From an uncultured Rikenellaceae bacterium (GTDB lineage: Bacteria; Bacteroidota; Bacteroidia; Bacteroidales; VadinHA17), in contig CAZWFL010000003.1 in assembly GCA_964633195.1 (NCBI GenBank), positions 69,795 to 133,794 of the forward strand: DNA of 64,000 nucleotides, in the 5' to 3' direction. A program made the translations under genes and the position numbers. Position 1 is the first letter of the stretch; every line of letters starts with the position of its first letter. The notes under the pieces were generated by a model, which saw nothing but the letters and a program-made list of their open reading frames with translations, made no database searches and was not told where the DNA came from. Of this stretch, positions 10,249 to 19,474 are shown piece after piece.

Positions 10249-11577
10249 ATGGGAAGGGATAATATTGAAAAATATTCAGCGGGATATGCTTTGCTGAAGA
10301 GGTCCGCCGGATTCTGGCATAATAAGATATTCTACAGGAAAGTGATAGTGCTTGGTCGCGAGAATATTAATCCGGATAACCATTTGATATTTGCTCCCAA
10401 TCATCAGAACGCACTGATGGATGCTCTCGCTGTTCTGTTCACTCACAAGGGTCAGCCTGTTTTTCTTGCGCGGGCCGATATCTTCAGGCGCAAACTGACA
10501 GCCTCAATACTCTATTTCCTCAAGATACTTCCCGTTTACAGGATGAGAGATGGCTTCAGCAGTCTGAAATCCAATGATCAGATCTTTGAAAAAACGATCG
10601 ATATTTTAAAGAACAAGAATGGCCTGGTGATCCTCCCGGAGGGGGATCATGCAGGATACAGAAGGCTCAGGCAGCTGAAAAAGGGTATCTGCCGTGTTGC
10701 CTTCCATGCTGATGAGGCAACCGGATTCAGTCTTGGCATCAAGATCATCCCTGTAGGAATTGAGTTCTCCAACTACAGCCGGTTCAGACAGGTACTTACA
10801 GTTGTTTATGGGAAACCCATTGAGATCGCAGAATACCACGACCTTTACAGGGAGAACCCCGAGAAAGCCCTTCTAGAACTCCGTAACAAGCTATCGAAAG
10901 AGATCAAGAACCTTATGGTTCACATTGAATCGACAGAGGACTATGAAGCCATCGATGAACTAAGAAGTATTGTAAACGGCAGGTTCAGCGATGATATTAA
11001 GCGACCCAAACTATTCAGGGACAGGACACTTATAGAAAAAATGAACCGCCTCAAAGAGCTGAATCCATCCGTTTATGAAAGAATATGTAATCTGAGCATT
11101 ATCGTTAAGAAAAAAGCAGAAGACCTGAAAACAAGCTATCGCCTGCTTGAAAAGAAAAAGCATTCACTCGGCTGGCTGATCAGCGGGATGGCCGGATTAT
11201 TTCTTACTTTGCCTCTCTTTCTTTTTGGAAATATCTTTACACTCACATTCATCCGCCTTCCTGAGTTCAGGGTGCGGAAAATACAAGACATCCAGTTTCA
11301 TGGCTCATTCCGATATGTCCTTTCCCTGGCTCTCGCATTCGTCTTTTTACCAATATACCTGATAATATCACTGATAATTTTTAAACCCTTATGGCTGGGA
11401 CTGGCAATCTTTACCACAATCCCGTTGGCAGGAATTTTTTCCTGGAACTACAATATCCTGTACAGAAGAATAATTGGAGGATTCAGGGTAAGGAACTATC
11501 TAAACAGCGGCAATGAAAATTATTCCAGGCTCAAAAACAGTTATGACGAATTGATAAGACTTGTAAACAGCTTGTAG
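10249..11577 (+). CDS. PlsC/LPLAT-family acyltransferase with C-terminal membrane domain
   Basis: 442 aa; NHQNALMD acyltransferase block I, ILPEG block III, and two or three hydrophobic helices near the C-terminus. Confidence 0.7.
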   Translation: MGRDNIEKYSAGYALLKRSAGFWHNKIFYRKVIVLGRENINPDNHLIFAPNHQNALMDALAVLFTHKGQPVFLARADIFRRKLTASILYFLKILPVYRMRDGFSSLKSNDQIFEKTIDILKNKNGLVILPEGDHAGYRRLRQLKKGICRVAFHADEATGFSLGIKIIPVGIEFSNYSRFRQVLTVVYGKPIEIAEYHDLYRENPEKALLELRNKLSKEIKNLMVHIESTEDYEAIDELRSIVNGRFSDDIKRPKLFRDRTLIEKMNRLKELNPSVYERICNLSIIVKKKAEDLKTSYRLLEKKKHSLGWLISGMAGLFLTLPLFLFGNIFTLTFIRLPEFRVRKIQDIQFHGSFRYVLSLALAFVFLPIYLIISLIIFKPLWLGLAIFTTIPLAGIFSWNYNILYRRIIGGFRVRNYLNSGNENYSRLKNSYDELIRLVNSL

Positions 11578-11587
11578 ATCCCTGATA

Positions 11588-12391
11588 ATGAAGAATAATA
11601 TATTTTCCGGAAAAATAGTCTGGATAACAGGTGCCTCATCCGGCATCGGGGAAGCATTGGTGTACGAGTTCGCAGGCAGGGAGGCACTTGTGATTGCATC
11701 TTCAAACGATGAGAGAGGCCTCCTTAGGGTAAAGGAATCAGCCGGCCGCTATTCAGAAAATATTTTCTGTGTTCCCTTCGATCTTTCCGAAACAAGAGGT
11801 ATCAGCGATCTGGTAAGGGAACAGGTTGACAGGTCAGGCAGGATCGATTACCTTTTGAACATAGGCGGAGTAAGCCAGAGAAGCAGGATAGACGAGACTC
11901 CCATGTGGCTCGACAGAAAAATCTTTGAGATCAACTACTTCGGAACCATTGCTCTTACCAAGGCCATCCTGCCTTACATGATTAAGCAGAGATCGGGGCA
12001 TGTGCTCGCAACCAGCAGTATATCAGGAAGATTCGGCTTCCCTCTCAGATCTGCTTACTCAGCCTCCAAGCAGGCGCTGCACGGATTCTTTGAGACCCTC
12101 TACCTCGAGAATAAGAAATTTAACATACGCTCTTCCGTAATAATTCCCGGAAGAGTAAAAACAAACATATCTTTGCACGCTCTTGACGCCGAAGGCAGGG
12201 AGCACGGGAAAATGGACAGCGGACAGGCTGCCGGTATCACACCTGAAAAAGCGGCAAGGATAATAATCAGGGGCATAGTAAAGGATAAAAGGGAGATACT
12301 CGTTGGAAGCAGAGAGATGATCCTGCTGCATATCAGGAGATTTTTCCCTTTTCTGTTCTTCAGGATAGCCGATAAAATTAAATCAATGTAG
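11588..12391 (+). CDS. SDR family oxidoreductase
   Basis: 267 aa; TGASSGIGEA cofactor motif and YSASK catalytic motif. Confidence 0.85.
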   Translation: MKNNIFSGKIVWITGASSGIGEALVYEFAGREALVIASSNDERGLLRVKESAGRYSENIFCVPFDLSETRGISDLVREQVDRSGRIDYLLNIGGVSQRSRIDETPMWLDRKIFEINYFGTIALTKAILPYMIKQRSGHVLATSSISGRFGFPLRSAYSASKQALHGFFETLYLENKKFNIRSSVIIPGRVKTNISLHALDAEGREHGKMDSGQAAGITPEKAARIIIRGIVKDKREILVGSREMILLHIRRFFPFLFFRIADKIKSM

Positions 12392-12403
12392 GAGAAACCA
12401 TTT

Positions 12404-13480
12404 ATGAAGAAATTTCTGATTAGCGGAATACAGCAGATGGGAATAGGGGTCTGCAACGTACAAGAATCGTGGAAGTGGTATATCAAAGAGTTCGGAATGG
12501 ATTGCCGTATCTTTGAAGAAGAAGCCGAGGCATATCTTATGCTGCCGTTTACAGGGGGAGAGCCACGCAGGAGGCACGCCATTCTGGCCCTTAATCTTCA
12601 GAGCGGGGGAGGATTTGAAATCTGGCAGCATCTGGGAAGAGAACCCTTAATGCCTTCGTCGGAGATTATGATCGGAGATCTTGGCATACTCGTGTGCAAG
12701 ATGAAAGTTAAGAAATTGTCTGATGCTTACAATCACTACCGATGCAACGGTTCGGGATTACTGGGAAGTCCTGCAGAAGATCCTTCAGGAACAGAGAGCT
12801 TTTTCTTAAAAGATCCTTACGGGAACATCTTCCAGATCCTTGAAGCTGATGACTGGTTCATGAATGAAAAAAAGATTTCCGGAGGATCATACGGAGCGAT
12901 GATCGGAGTATCGGATATCGAAAAGTCAAGAATTGTTTACTCTGACATATTGGGCTACGATGAAGTTGTGTATGATGAGACAGGCTTCTTCCCTGATCTG
13001 GAACATGTACCGGGGGGAAGCCGAAAATGCAGAAGGGTACTCCTGCGCCGGTCAGAGCCTTTTGCAGGACCTTTCAGCAGGATATTCGGCAATAGTGTTA
13101 TCGAACTGGTAAGCACACCGGGAAATCCGGGTAAAAAAACCTATGAGGGCCGGTTATGGGGCGATCCCGGATTTATGCATCTCTGCTTCGATATCAGAGG
13201 AATGGATGCCCTGAGAGAACACTGCGACACAATAGGATTTCCCTTTCTTGTCGACAGCATGAGCAGCCAGTCGGGAAGCAGTTTCGATATGGGTGAAGCG
13301 GCAGGACACTTTGCCTACGTCCAGGATCCTGACGGCGTCCTGATCGAGTTTGTTGAGACACATAAGATTGCTCTCGTTAAAAAGCTGGGCTGGTACATCG
13401 ACCTTCGTAAAAGAGACCAGTTCAAACCATTGCCGGACTGGCTGCTCAGATTCCTGAGATACTCAAGGTTCAGGGGCTGA
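12404..13480 (+). CDS. VOC (glyoxalase/bleomycin-resistance) family protein
   Basis: 358 aa; two beta-alpha-beta-beta-beta-like modules ending in DPDGVLIEFVE-type strands. The assignment is tentative. Confidence 0.55.
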   Translation: MKKFLISGIQQMGIGVCNVQESWKWYIKEFGMDCRIFEEEAEAYLMLPFTGGEPRRRHAILALNLQSGGGFEIWQHLGREPLMPSSEIMIGDLGILVCKMKVKKLSDAYNHYRCNGSGLLGSPAEDPSGTESFFLKDPYGNIFQILEADDWFMNEKKISGGSYGAMIGVSDIEKSRIVYSDILGYDEVVYDETGFFPDLEHVPGGSRKCRRVLLRRSEPFAGPFSRIFGNSVIELVSTPGNPGKKTYEGRLWGDPGFMHLCFDIRGMDALREHCDTIGFPFLVDSMSSQSGSSFDMGEAAGHFAYVQDPDGVLIEFVETHKIALVKKLGWYIDLRKRDQFKPLPDWLLRFLRYSRFRG

Positions 13481-14678
13481 CAGAAGCGACCTTTTCAACT
13501 TCGCGGAACACCCTCATGAGATTTCCTCCCCATATCTTGGCGATATCTGCTTTGGAGTAGCCACGGCGCAGAAGTTCAATGGTTATATTCTTCATCTCGG
13601 AAACATCCCTGCATCCATCCACTCCTCCTCCTCCGTCAAAGTCGGTGCCGATACCCACATAATCAATACCTGTCACCTGTACAACATGATCTATATGATC
13701 CACAACATCCTTTACAGTGGCAAGCTTCTCATGTTTTTTCTGGACAGCTCTGTATTCGCTCCTCATCTGTTTTTTCATATCTTCCGTAAGATCATTATAG
13801 TCCCCGTACTTTGACCTTATTTCCTTCAGTTTTTCATTCAGTTCGGGATTGGGCTCTGGTGCCTTTATGTAACTGCTGAGTATACAAATCTGTATCACAC
13901 CCTGATTTTCACGCAGTGCCAGAAGCATATCGTCGGTCAGATTACGCGGACTTTCACAAAGTGCCCTGCAGGATGAATGGGAAGCAATGACAGGTGCCCC
14001 GGATATTTCAAGGACATCATAAAAAGCCTTATCTGATATATGGGAAACATCTACCATCATCCCTATCCTGTTCATCTCCTTCGCAACCTCAGCACCAAAG
14101 GCTGAAAGGCCGTTATGCTCAGGACCTGACGAGTCGGTCGAAGAATCACATATATCATTGTTCTTCGAATGGGATAGTGTTATATACCTTGCTCCAAGAT
14201 CATAGTACTCCTTGATTTTCCCGATATCGAGTCCAACCGGATAACCGTTCTCAACACCTATGAAGGCGGCTATCTTACCTGACTTCTTCAGCCTGTAAGC
14301 ATCATCGGGCGATAATGCTATCTCAGCCATATCATTATTCTTCCCCACATTATCGTGTATTGCTCTGAAAATACCCAGGGCTTTCTGATGATTTGCCTCA
14401 TAAGCAGAATCATTCCTGGGTCCCTGCCCTATAAATACCGCAAAAAACTCAGCATCCAGTCCCCCTTCCTCCATCCGCGGGAAATCAACACATCCCTCCT
14501 CATTTCTTACACCAAGGTCAAAATCAGGATCTGAAAAACTCATCGGTGTATCACAATGTGTATCAACAGTAAGTATGGATGAGTGTATCCTGTCAGCTCT
14601 CCTGATCAGCTTCTCTTCTTCAGTTCCGCAACCTGTAACAAGTAAAAGCAGCAGTGGAATAACTATTAACTTTCTCAT
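13470..14678 (-). CDS. membrane dipeptidase (peptidase M19) lipoprotein
   Basis: DTHCDTP and downstream M19 metal-site strings. Start moved to the ATG at 14678 (MRKLIVIPLLLLLVTGC signal/lipobox). Confidence 0.88.
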   Translation of the reverse strand: MRKLIVIPLLLLLVTGCGTEEEKLIRRADRIHSSILTVDTHCDTPMSFSDPDFDLGVRNEEGCVDFPRMEEGGLDAEFFAVFIGQGPRNDSAYEANHQKALGIFRAIHDNVGKNNDMAEIALSPDDAYRLKKSGKIAAFIGVENGYPVGLDIGKIKEYYDLGARYITLSHSKNNDICDSSTDSSGPEHNGLSAFGAEVAKEMNRIGMMVDVSHISDKAFYDVLEISGAPVIASHSSCRALCESPRNLTDDMLLALRENQGVIQICILSSYIKAPEPNPELNEKLKEIRSKYGDYNDLTEDMKKQMRSEYRAVQKKHEKLATVKDVVDHIDHVVQVTGIDYVGIGTDFDGGGGVDGCRDVSEMKNITIELLRRGYSKADIAKIWGGNLMRVFREVEKVASVSP

Positions 14679-14833
14679 AATCCTGTTAGGAATTTGTGCC
14701 GCAAGATATATAAAATAAGATCTTCCGTTATCCTCATTCCCAAACATTTAACACTATTTAACAGTGATACCTGGTTCTCTCCCATGAATAACTGCAGCAG
14801 AACAATCCGGCAGGACGATTGTTTAATGAAAAG

Positions 14834-14864
14834 TCCGGAACTGTTACCGGAGTCACTTTTTTTT
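14834..14864 (+). terminator. orphan hairpin followed by a T8 run
   Basis: TCCGG-aactgtta-CCGGA followed 5 nt later by TTTTTTTT. There is no same-strand gene upstream. Confidence 0.3.
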
Positions 14865-14902
14865 AGTACCTTATACCTTGTTTAATTTTAATACAGAATA
14901 AT

Positions 14903-15331
14903 ATGAGTAAACATTACGCAAATGCAGAATGGGAAGGTAACCTTACTGAAGGAAAAGGCAAATACCACCTCAGAACGAGTGGATATGAGGGTAATTTGAA
15001 GTTTACATCCCGTTTTGAAGAGGACAAATCAGCATCAAGCCCCGAGGAATTGATTGGTGCAGCCCTGGCCAGCTGCTATTCAATGGCACTGGCACATGCC
15101 CTTGATAAGGCCGGGAACAAACCTGAAAAAGTTGAAACATTGGCTCAGGTAACCCTCGACAAGACAGCAGAAGGATTTTCAATAACCGAAATTCTTTTGA
15201 AAACCAAAGTCAAAGCTAATGGTCTTGAAAAGGATAAATTTCTCGAAACAGCTGAACAGACCAAGAAAGGCTGCCCTGTATCCCGTGCACTGACAGGTAC
15301 GAACATAAAGCTGGAAGCAGAACTTTCCTGA
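14903..15331 (+). CDS. osmC: OsmC family peroxiredoxin
   Basis: 142 aa; OsmC-subfamily layout with two conserved Cys (ALASCYS, KKGCPVS). Confidence 0.88.
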   Translation: MSKHYANAEWEGNLTEGKGKYHLRTSGYEGNLKFTSRFEEDKSASSPEELIGAALASCYSMALAHALDKAGNKPEKVETLAQVTLDKTAEGFSITEILLKTKVKANGLEKDKFLETAEQTKKGCPVSRALTGTNIKLEAELS

Positions 15332-15342
15332 GCTGAAACATA

Positions 15343-15371
15343 AGCCCCGTCCGCCGGCCGGTCTGCTTTTT
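15343..15371 (+). terminator. GC-rich hairpin plus T-run after osmC
   Basis: AGCCCCG...CGGTCTGCT imperfect stem followed by TTTTT, 12 nt after the osmC stop. Confidence 0.45.
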
Positions 15372-15390
15372 ATACACATCTTATAAACCA

Positions 15391-15428
15391 GGAGGTTTAC
15401 CCCGATCAATCGGGGGGTTCCAACAATA
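15391..15428 (+). repeat. left copy of the direct repeat flanking the TA cassette
   Basis: GGAGGTTTACCCCG-atcaat-CGGGGGGTTCCAACAATA; about 26 of 31 alignable positions are shared with 16351-16400. Confidence 0.6.
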
Positions 15429-15604
15429 CTGCAATCCTGCAGGACATAATACTCTATGTTGGAGGCTACGCTCAGGATGACAGGACTAAATGGTTGTACA
15501 ATAGAGGGACTGAATTTTTCAGATCATTCCCTTATTTCCGATTATCACATACATACTAATCAAAACGACGACAGACTGAAATGAAATTTGATTAAATTTG
15601 AATC

Positions 15605-15895
15605 ATGAAAACAAGATCAGAGATAGAGAATAAATTGAGAGAATTAAAACCCGTTTTATTCCAGAAGTATTCTGTGGACAAGATTGGATATTTTGGTTCT
15701 TTTTCAAGAAGTGAACAGACAAATGACTCTGATATTGATATTTTAGTTTCTTTCAGAAAACCAATTGGATGGGATTTTTTTGATCTGCAGGAATTTCTGG
15801 AAAACGAATTGAAATTGAAGGTTGATTTAGTATCAGAAAAAGCATTAAAAGAGCAATTAAAGCAAATAATTCTAAAAAGTGTAAAGTATATATGA
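15605..15895 (+). CDS. mntA: MntA-type nucleotidyltransferase antitoxin
   Basis: 96 aa; minimal NTase motif GYFGSFSRSEQTNDSDIDILV; 4-nt ATGA overlap with the downstream HepT gene. Confidence 0.85.
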   Translation: MKTRSEIENKLRELKPVLFQKYSVDKIGYFGSFSRSEQTNDSDIDILVSFRKPIGWDFFDLQEFLENELKLKVDLVSEKALKEQLKQIILKSVKYI

Positions 15896-16263
15896 GTCCG
15901 GTTAAAAGAGAATTTATCCTTTACCTTGAAGATATGTTACTATCAATGGAAAGAATTGAAGAATATCTTGGTGACCTTGACTTTAATGAATTTAAAAAGA
16001 CCTGCATTGTTGTGGATGCTGTTATAAGGAACTTTGAGATTATTGGAGAAGCGTCAAAAAAAATCCCAGAAGCAATACAGGGAAAATATCCTGAAATTCC
16101 CTGGGGAAAAATGTACGGACTCAGGAACTTAATTACCCACGAATATTTTGGAATTGACTACGAGCTTATTTGGGAAATTGCAAAAAATAATCTTCCACAA
16201 AACCGAACAGATTTACAAAAGATCATAGAAAAAGAAAAGCAACAGCGAGTTAGCAACATGTAA
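15892..16263 (+). CDS. hepT: HepT-like (DUF86/HEPN) ribonuclease toxin
   Basis: 123 aa; HEPN R-x4-H-x-Y motif in GLRNLITHEY. Confidence 0.85.
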   Translation: MSPVKREFILYLEDMLLSMERIEEYLGDLDFNEFKKTCIVVDAVIRNFEIIGEASKKIPEAIQGKYPEIPWGKMYGLRNLITHEYFGIDYELIWEIAKNNLPQNRTDLQKIIEKEKQQRVSNM

Positions 16264-16281
16264 TCCTTCAAACAGTATTAG

Positions 16282-16329
16282 CTCCCCTTCTCCCCTTCTC
16301 CTTTTCTCCTCTTCACCCCTTCTCGCCCT
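16282..16329 (+). repeat. degenerate 8-nt-period polypyrimidine tract
   Basis: CTCCCCTT CTCCCCTT CTCCTTTT CTCCTCTT CACCCCTT CTCGCCCT; almost pure C/T on the + strand. Confidence 0.8.
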
Positions 16330-16350
16330 CCCGCTGAGTGGAATCTGCAC

Positions 16351-16400
16351 GGAGTTTATCCCGGAGAACCTGCCCCGTTTAACGGGGATTCCACCAGTAA
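16351..16400 (+). repeat. right copy of the direct repeat flanking the TA cassette
   Basis: GGAGTTTATCCCG-...-CCCCGtttaaCGGGGATTCCACCAGTAA; same orientation as 15391-15428, with a longer central segment. Confidence 0.6.
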
Positions 16401-16409
16401 TAAGCGAAA

Positions 16410-16431
16410 GCCCCGACGTTGAAGTCGGGGC
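16410..16431. other. 8-bp GC-rich stem-loop
   Basis: GCCCCGAC-gttgaa-GTCGGGGC; no clear U-run on either strand. Confidence 0.5.
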
Positions 16432-16605
16432 AGCCATGAAAAGAATGGAAAAATTGCTTTTGGACAGTAAAAGCTTCTTTTTAAAGCATTACAACTTTAT
16501 GTATCTCAAATAATTTAGTTCCCTTTTAAGACCAACGATCAAATTCACCTGTAAATATAATATGTTTTTTCATGAAATGCAATAAAAATCATTCTTATCT
16601 TCAGG

Positions 16606-16613
16606 TAATTTTG
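16606..16613 (+). promoter_or_regulatory. -7 promoter box TAATTTTG (lnt)
   Basis: Exact TAnnTTTG match ~55 nt upstream of the lnt start. Confidence 0.4.
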
Positions 16614-16665
16614 ACTTTTTATCCAAAAGATAGTCAGGCATAATATATTACTGGCTATCTGTTTA

Positions 16666-18294
16666 TTGCAACACATGAACAAATATACTCTGATAATACT
16701 ATCCATTACAGGGGGATTTTTTTCAGGACTCGCCTGGACCGATTGGTGCCCGGGACTGGTTCTGCTGATCGGATTTACACCTTTCTTTTTAATAGAACAT
16801 CATATATCTGAAAACAGGGAGAGATACACAGGGAATGCATTTTTTATATTCCTGATACCGGGTTTTGTCGTGTTCTGTCTTATAACCCTCGGATGGATAA
16901 GAGCCGTGAGTATGGTTGCTACTCTGACAGTAATTATCACCCTCTCCTTCATGATGTCCTTTAGCCTGTGGGCTGCATCTGTTGTAAAAATGAAAAGGGG
17001 CATTTTTGCAGGTTGGCTCTCCTTTGCAGCATTCTGGCTAACATTCGAATTCATCTTCTTATCCTTCGATCTTTTCTCACCATGGGTCAACCTGGGCAAC
17101 GGACTGGCAAAAGATATCAGATTTATACAGTGGTACGAAATAACCGGAACATCAGGAGGAACTTTGTGGATCATTGCCTCAAACCTGATACTTACATCCA
17201 TAATTACCGGATCTCTTACAGAAAAAATAAAAAGAAAAAGGCTGATAATTCTATGGCTTTCCATTTTAATCATCCCCTCAGTTGCATCATTATACAGATA
17301 TGAAACTATAAAGCCGGCTGATTACAGGCAGACCGAGATCCTCATAGTCCAGCCTAATATGGATCCATTTACTCAGAAATTCACGATACCCTTTGAAGAA
17401 CAGGTTGAAAAAGTCGTCTCAATGGCAAAACCTGAAATAACCGGGGAAACAAAGTGGCTGGTGGCCCCGGAAACGACTGTAGATGACCCTGTTAATGAAA
17501 GTAACCTGCAAGGTGATAAATATATCAGGATGATGAAAAGTGTAGTAATGGATAACCCCGGTTTATGCATTGTAACCGGAATGGTTACCTTTAAATCTTC
17601 TGTTGCGGATACTGATAATATTACTTCAATATCTGATACAGTCCAACCCATGCAAAATACCGATATTTATAATTCTGCCCTTCTGATTGATACCGGGAGC
17701 AGAGTAGGTATCTATCATAAAACAAAGCTTGTGGCGGGTTTTGAGACCGGATTCTTTCCCGCAGCGGCAAAGCTTCTTGACAGAGTCCTGCCCCAGCTTG
17801 GTGGTTCCAGCCGTAATTACTCAAAAGATAAAGAGATCATTAATTTCCGGCATCCAATAACTAATGATAACGCAGCACCTATAATCTGCTTTGAATCGGT
17901 TTTTGGAAAACATGTTGCCGGCTTTGTTAAAAAGGGAGCAAATATGCTCTTTATTATTACCAACGACGGCTGGTGGAAAAACACCAATGGGTATAAGCAA
18001 CACCTTTACTACGCTTCCCTGAGGGCAATAGAGACCCGCCGGCCGGTTGCCCGGGCTGCAAATACCGGAATATCATGTTTTATTGACATAAGAGGGAAAA
18101 TCACGGCCACTACCGGCTGGTGGACCAGTGAGACCCTCAGGGGTAATATTGTCCCTGAGAAAAGAATCACTCCATATGTAAGATATGGAGACTATATCTT
18201 TTATGCCGGGGTAATCATCAGCTTGTTAATAATTGTCAAATTATTTATCTTTAATTTCTTAAGAAATATTTTTACACACTCCGGCAAATCCTGA
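16666..18294 (+). CDS. lnt: apolipoprotein N-acyltransferase
   Basis: 542 aa; N-terminal polytopic membrane domain plus a CN-hydrolase domain with ICFESVF catalytic Cys. TTG at 16666 or ATG at 16675. Confidence 0.88.
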   Translation: MQHMNKYTLIILSITGGFFSGLAWTDWCPGLVLLIGFTPFFLIEHHISENRERYTGNAFFIFLIPGFVVFCLITLGWIRAVSMVATLTVIITLSFMMSFSLWAASVVKMKRGIFAGWLSFAAFWLTFEFIFLSFDLFSPWVNLGNGLAKDIRFIQWYEITGTSGGTLWIIASNLILTSIITGSLTEKIKRKRLIILWLSILIIPSVASLYRYETIKPADYRQTEILIVQPNMDPFTQKFTIPFEEQVEKVVSMAKPEITGETKWLVAPETTVDDPVNESNLQGDKYIRMMKSVVMDNPGLCIVTGMVTFKSSVADTDNITSISDTVQPMQNTDIYNSALLIDTGSRVGIYHKTKLVAGFETGFFPAAAKLLDRVLPQLGGSSRNYSKDKEIINFRHPITNDNAAPIICFESVFGKHVAGFVKKGANMLFIITNDGWWKNTNGYKQHLYYASLRAIETRRPVARAANTGISCFIDIRGKITATTGWWTSETLRGNIVPEKRITPYVRYGDYIFYAGVIISLLIIVKLFIFNFLRNIFTHSGKS

Positions 18295-18364
18295 TGTAAC
18301 CCTTTACAGGTTTATCCGTCTTTATAAGAGTCAGAGCATTTATTTGAATAACACCTTACAGACA

Positions 18365-19468
18365 ATGAATATTATAAAACTATCCGCAAGTCTGATTCTG
18401 CTCTCATTTACTCTTGCCCTTTCAGCCCAGAATGTTACAGAAACGAGGAGCTATTTTCGGTCCGTGCCTGCATCGGGGGAGACAACTCTCGAACTGTCAA
18501 ACAGGTTTGGATCAATTCATCTTACCAGCTGGAGAAAAGACAGCATATCCATAAAGACGGAGATAGAAGCTTATGGTACGAACGAAGAATATTTCAGGAA
18601 AATATTCGACGGTATCACGATCAACATGTCAGAAACCAGTCAACTGGTCAGGGTGGAGACACACTTCGAGCAGAATATAAGCATGTTGTTTGAGAGTTTC
18701 AAAGGGATTACAGATCGGTTTATAGACTACAGCTCGGGAGTTGAGATCAACTACTATATCACAATACCTGAATATCTTGACCTCAGGATCGAGAACCGTT
18801 ACGGCGATGTTTTCATGGAAAACTGCAGTGGCAACTTTACCGCCACACTTACTAACGGCGATTTCAGGGCCGGATCGCTGGAAGAGGAGTGCTCCCTGAC
18901 CCTCAGTTTCTGCAACGCTTCAGTCAGATCTCTTGCCTCAGGAAAAATAGATGCTTCCTTTTCTGAGATATCGATTGAAAAATGTGGAAACCTGAGAGTA
19001 AATTCCTTATCGTCACGATTTGACCTCACCGAAACAGAAAGCCTTAATGCAGAATCGCGCAGGGACAAATTCTATATTAATACCATCTCATCACTCTCGG
19101 GTAACTCCTACTTTACCGATTTCAGTATTGAAGAAATGCTGACAGGAGCCGATATTAATACCCGGTACGGAAATTTTAGTATCGAAAGAATTAGTCCGCG
19201 GTTCGGAAATATTAATATCATATCCTCCTATGCAGATGTAACACTCACCTACGACCCCGATGCAGCTTTCTCGCTTGAAATAGAATATATGAATGCAAAT
19301 GTTAATTTACCCGGGCGCAATATAAAAAGCAGGAAGGAGGCACTAAACGAGGAGAGAAGAGAGTATTTTATTTCCGCAACAATAGGAAGGAATCCGGGAA
19401 GCAGGAAAACAGCAATAAATGCCACAAGGGGCAATATTTACATCAGGCAGCCCGGATTAAACTTATAA
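18365..19468 (+). CDS. DUF4097-like beta-strand-repeat protein, secreted
   Basis: Signal peptide MNIIKLSASLILLSFTLALSAQ, then repeated short G-D/N-hydrophobic beta-strand units. Start moved to the ATG at 18365. Confidence 0.55.
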   Translation: MNIIKLSASLILLSFTLALSAQNVTETRSYFRSVPASGETTLELSNRFGSIHLTSWRKDSISIKTEIEAYGTNEEYFRKIFDGITINMSETSQLVRVETHFEQNISMLFESFKGITDRFIDYSSGVEINYYITIPEYLDLRIENRYGDVFMENCSGNFTATLTNGDFRAGSLEEECSLTLSFCNASVRSLASGKIDASFSEISIEKCGNLRVNSLSSRFDLTETESLNAESRRDKFYINTISSLSGNSYFTDFSIEEMLTGADINTRYGNFSIERISPRFGNINIISSYADVTLTYDPDAAFSLEIEYMNANVNLPGRNIKSRKEALNEERREYFISATIGRNPGSRKTAINATRGNIYIRQPGLNL

Positions 19469-19474
19469 TTTGTT

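Noticed and set aside
15411-15428. tRNA T-arm-like string GGGGGGTTCCAAC
   Set aside because: No acceptor, D or anticodon arms can be drawn around it. It is the 3' half of the cassette-flanking hairpin repeat.
15391-16400. Integron gene cassette with attC sites flanking the TA pair
   Set aside because: The repeats are direct copies of one hairpin element, not an R''-L''/L'-R' attC architecture. There are no clean RYYYAAC/GTTRRRY cores, and no intI or attI lies nearby.
16213-16437. 74-aa minus-strand ORF (…RRGEEEKRRRGEGE…)
   Set aside because: It is the translation of the polypurine complement of the 8-mer tract plus the hairpin repeats. It overlaps the 3' end of hepT and has low-complexity composition.
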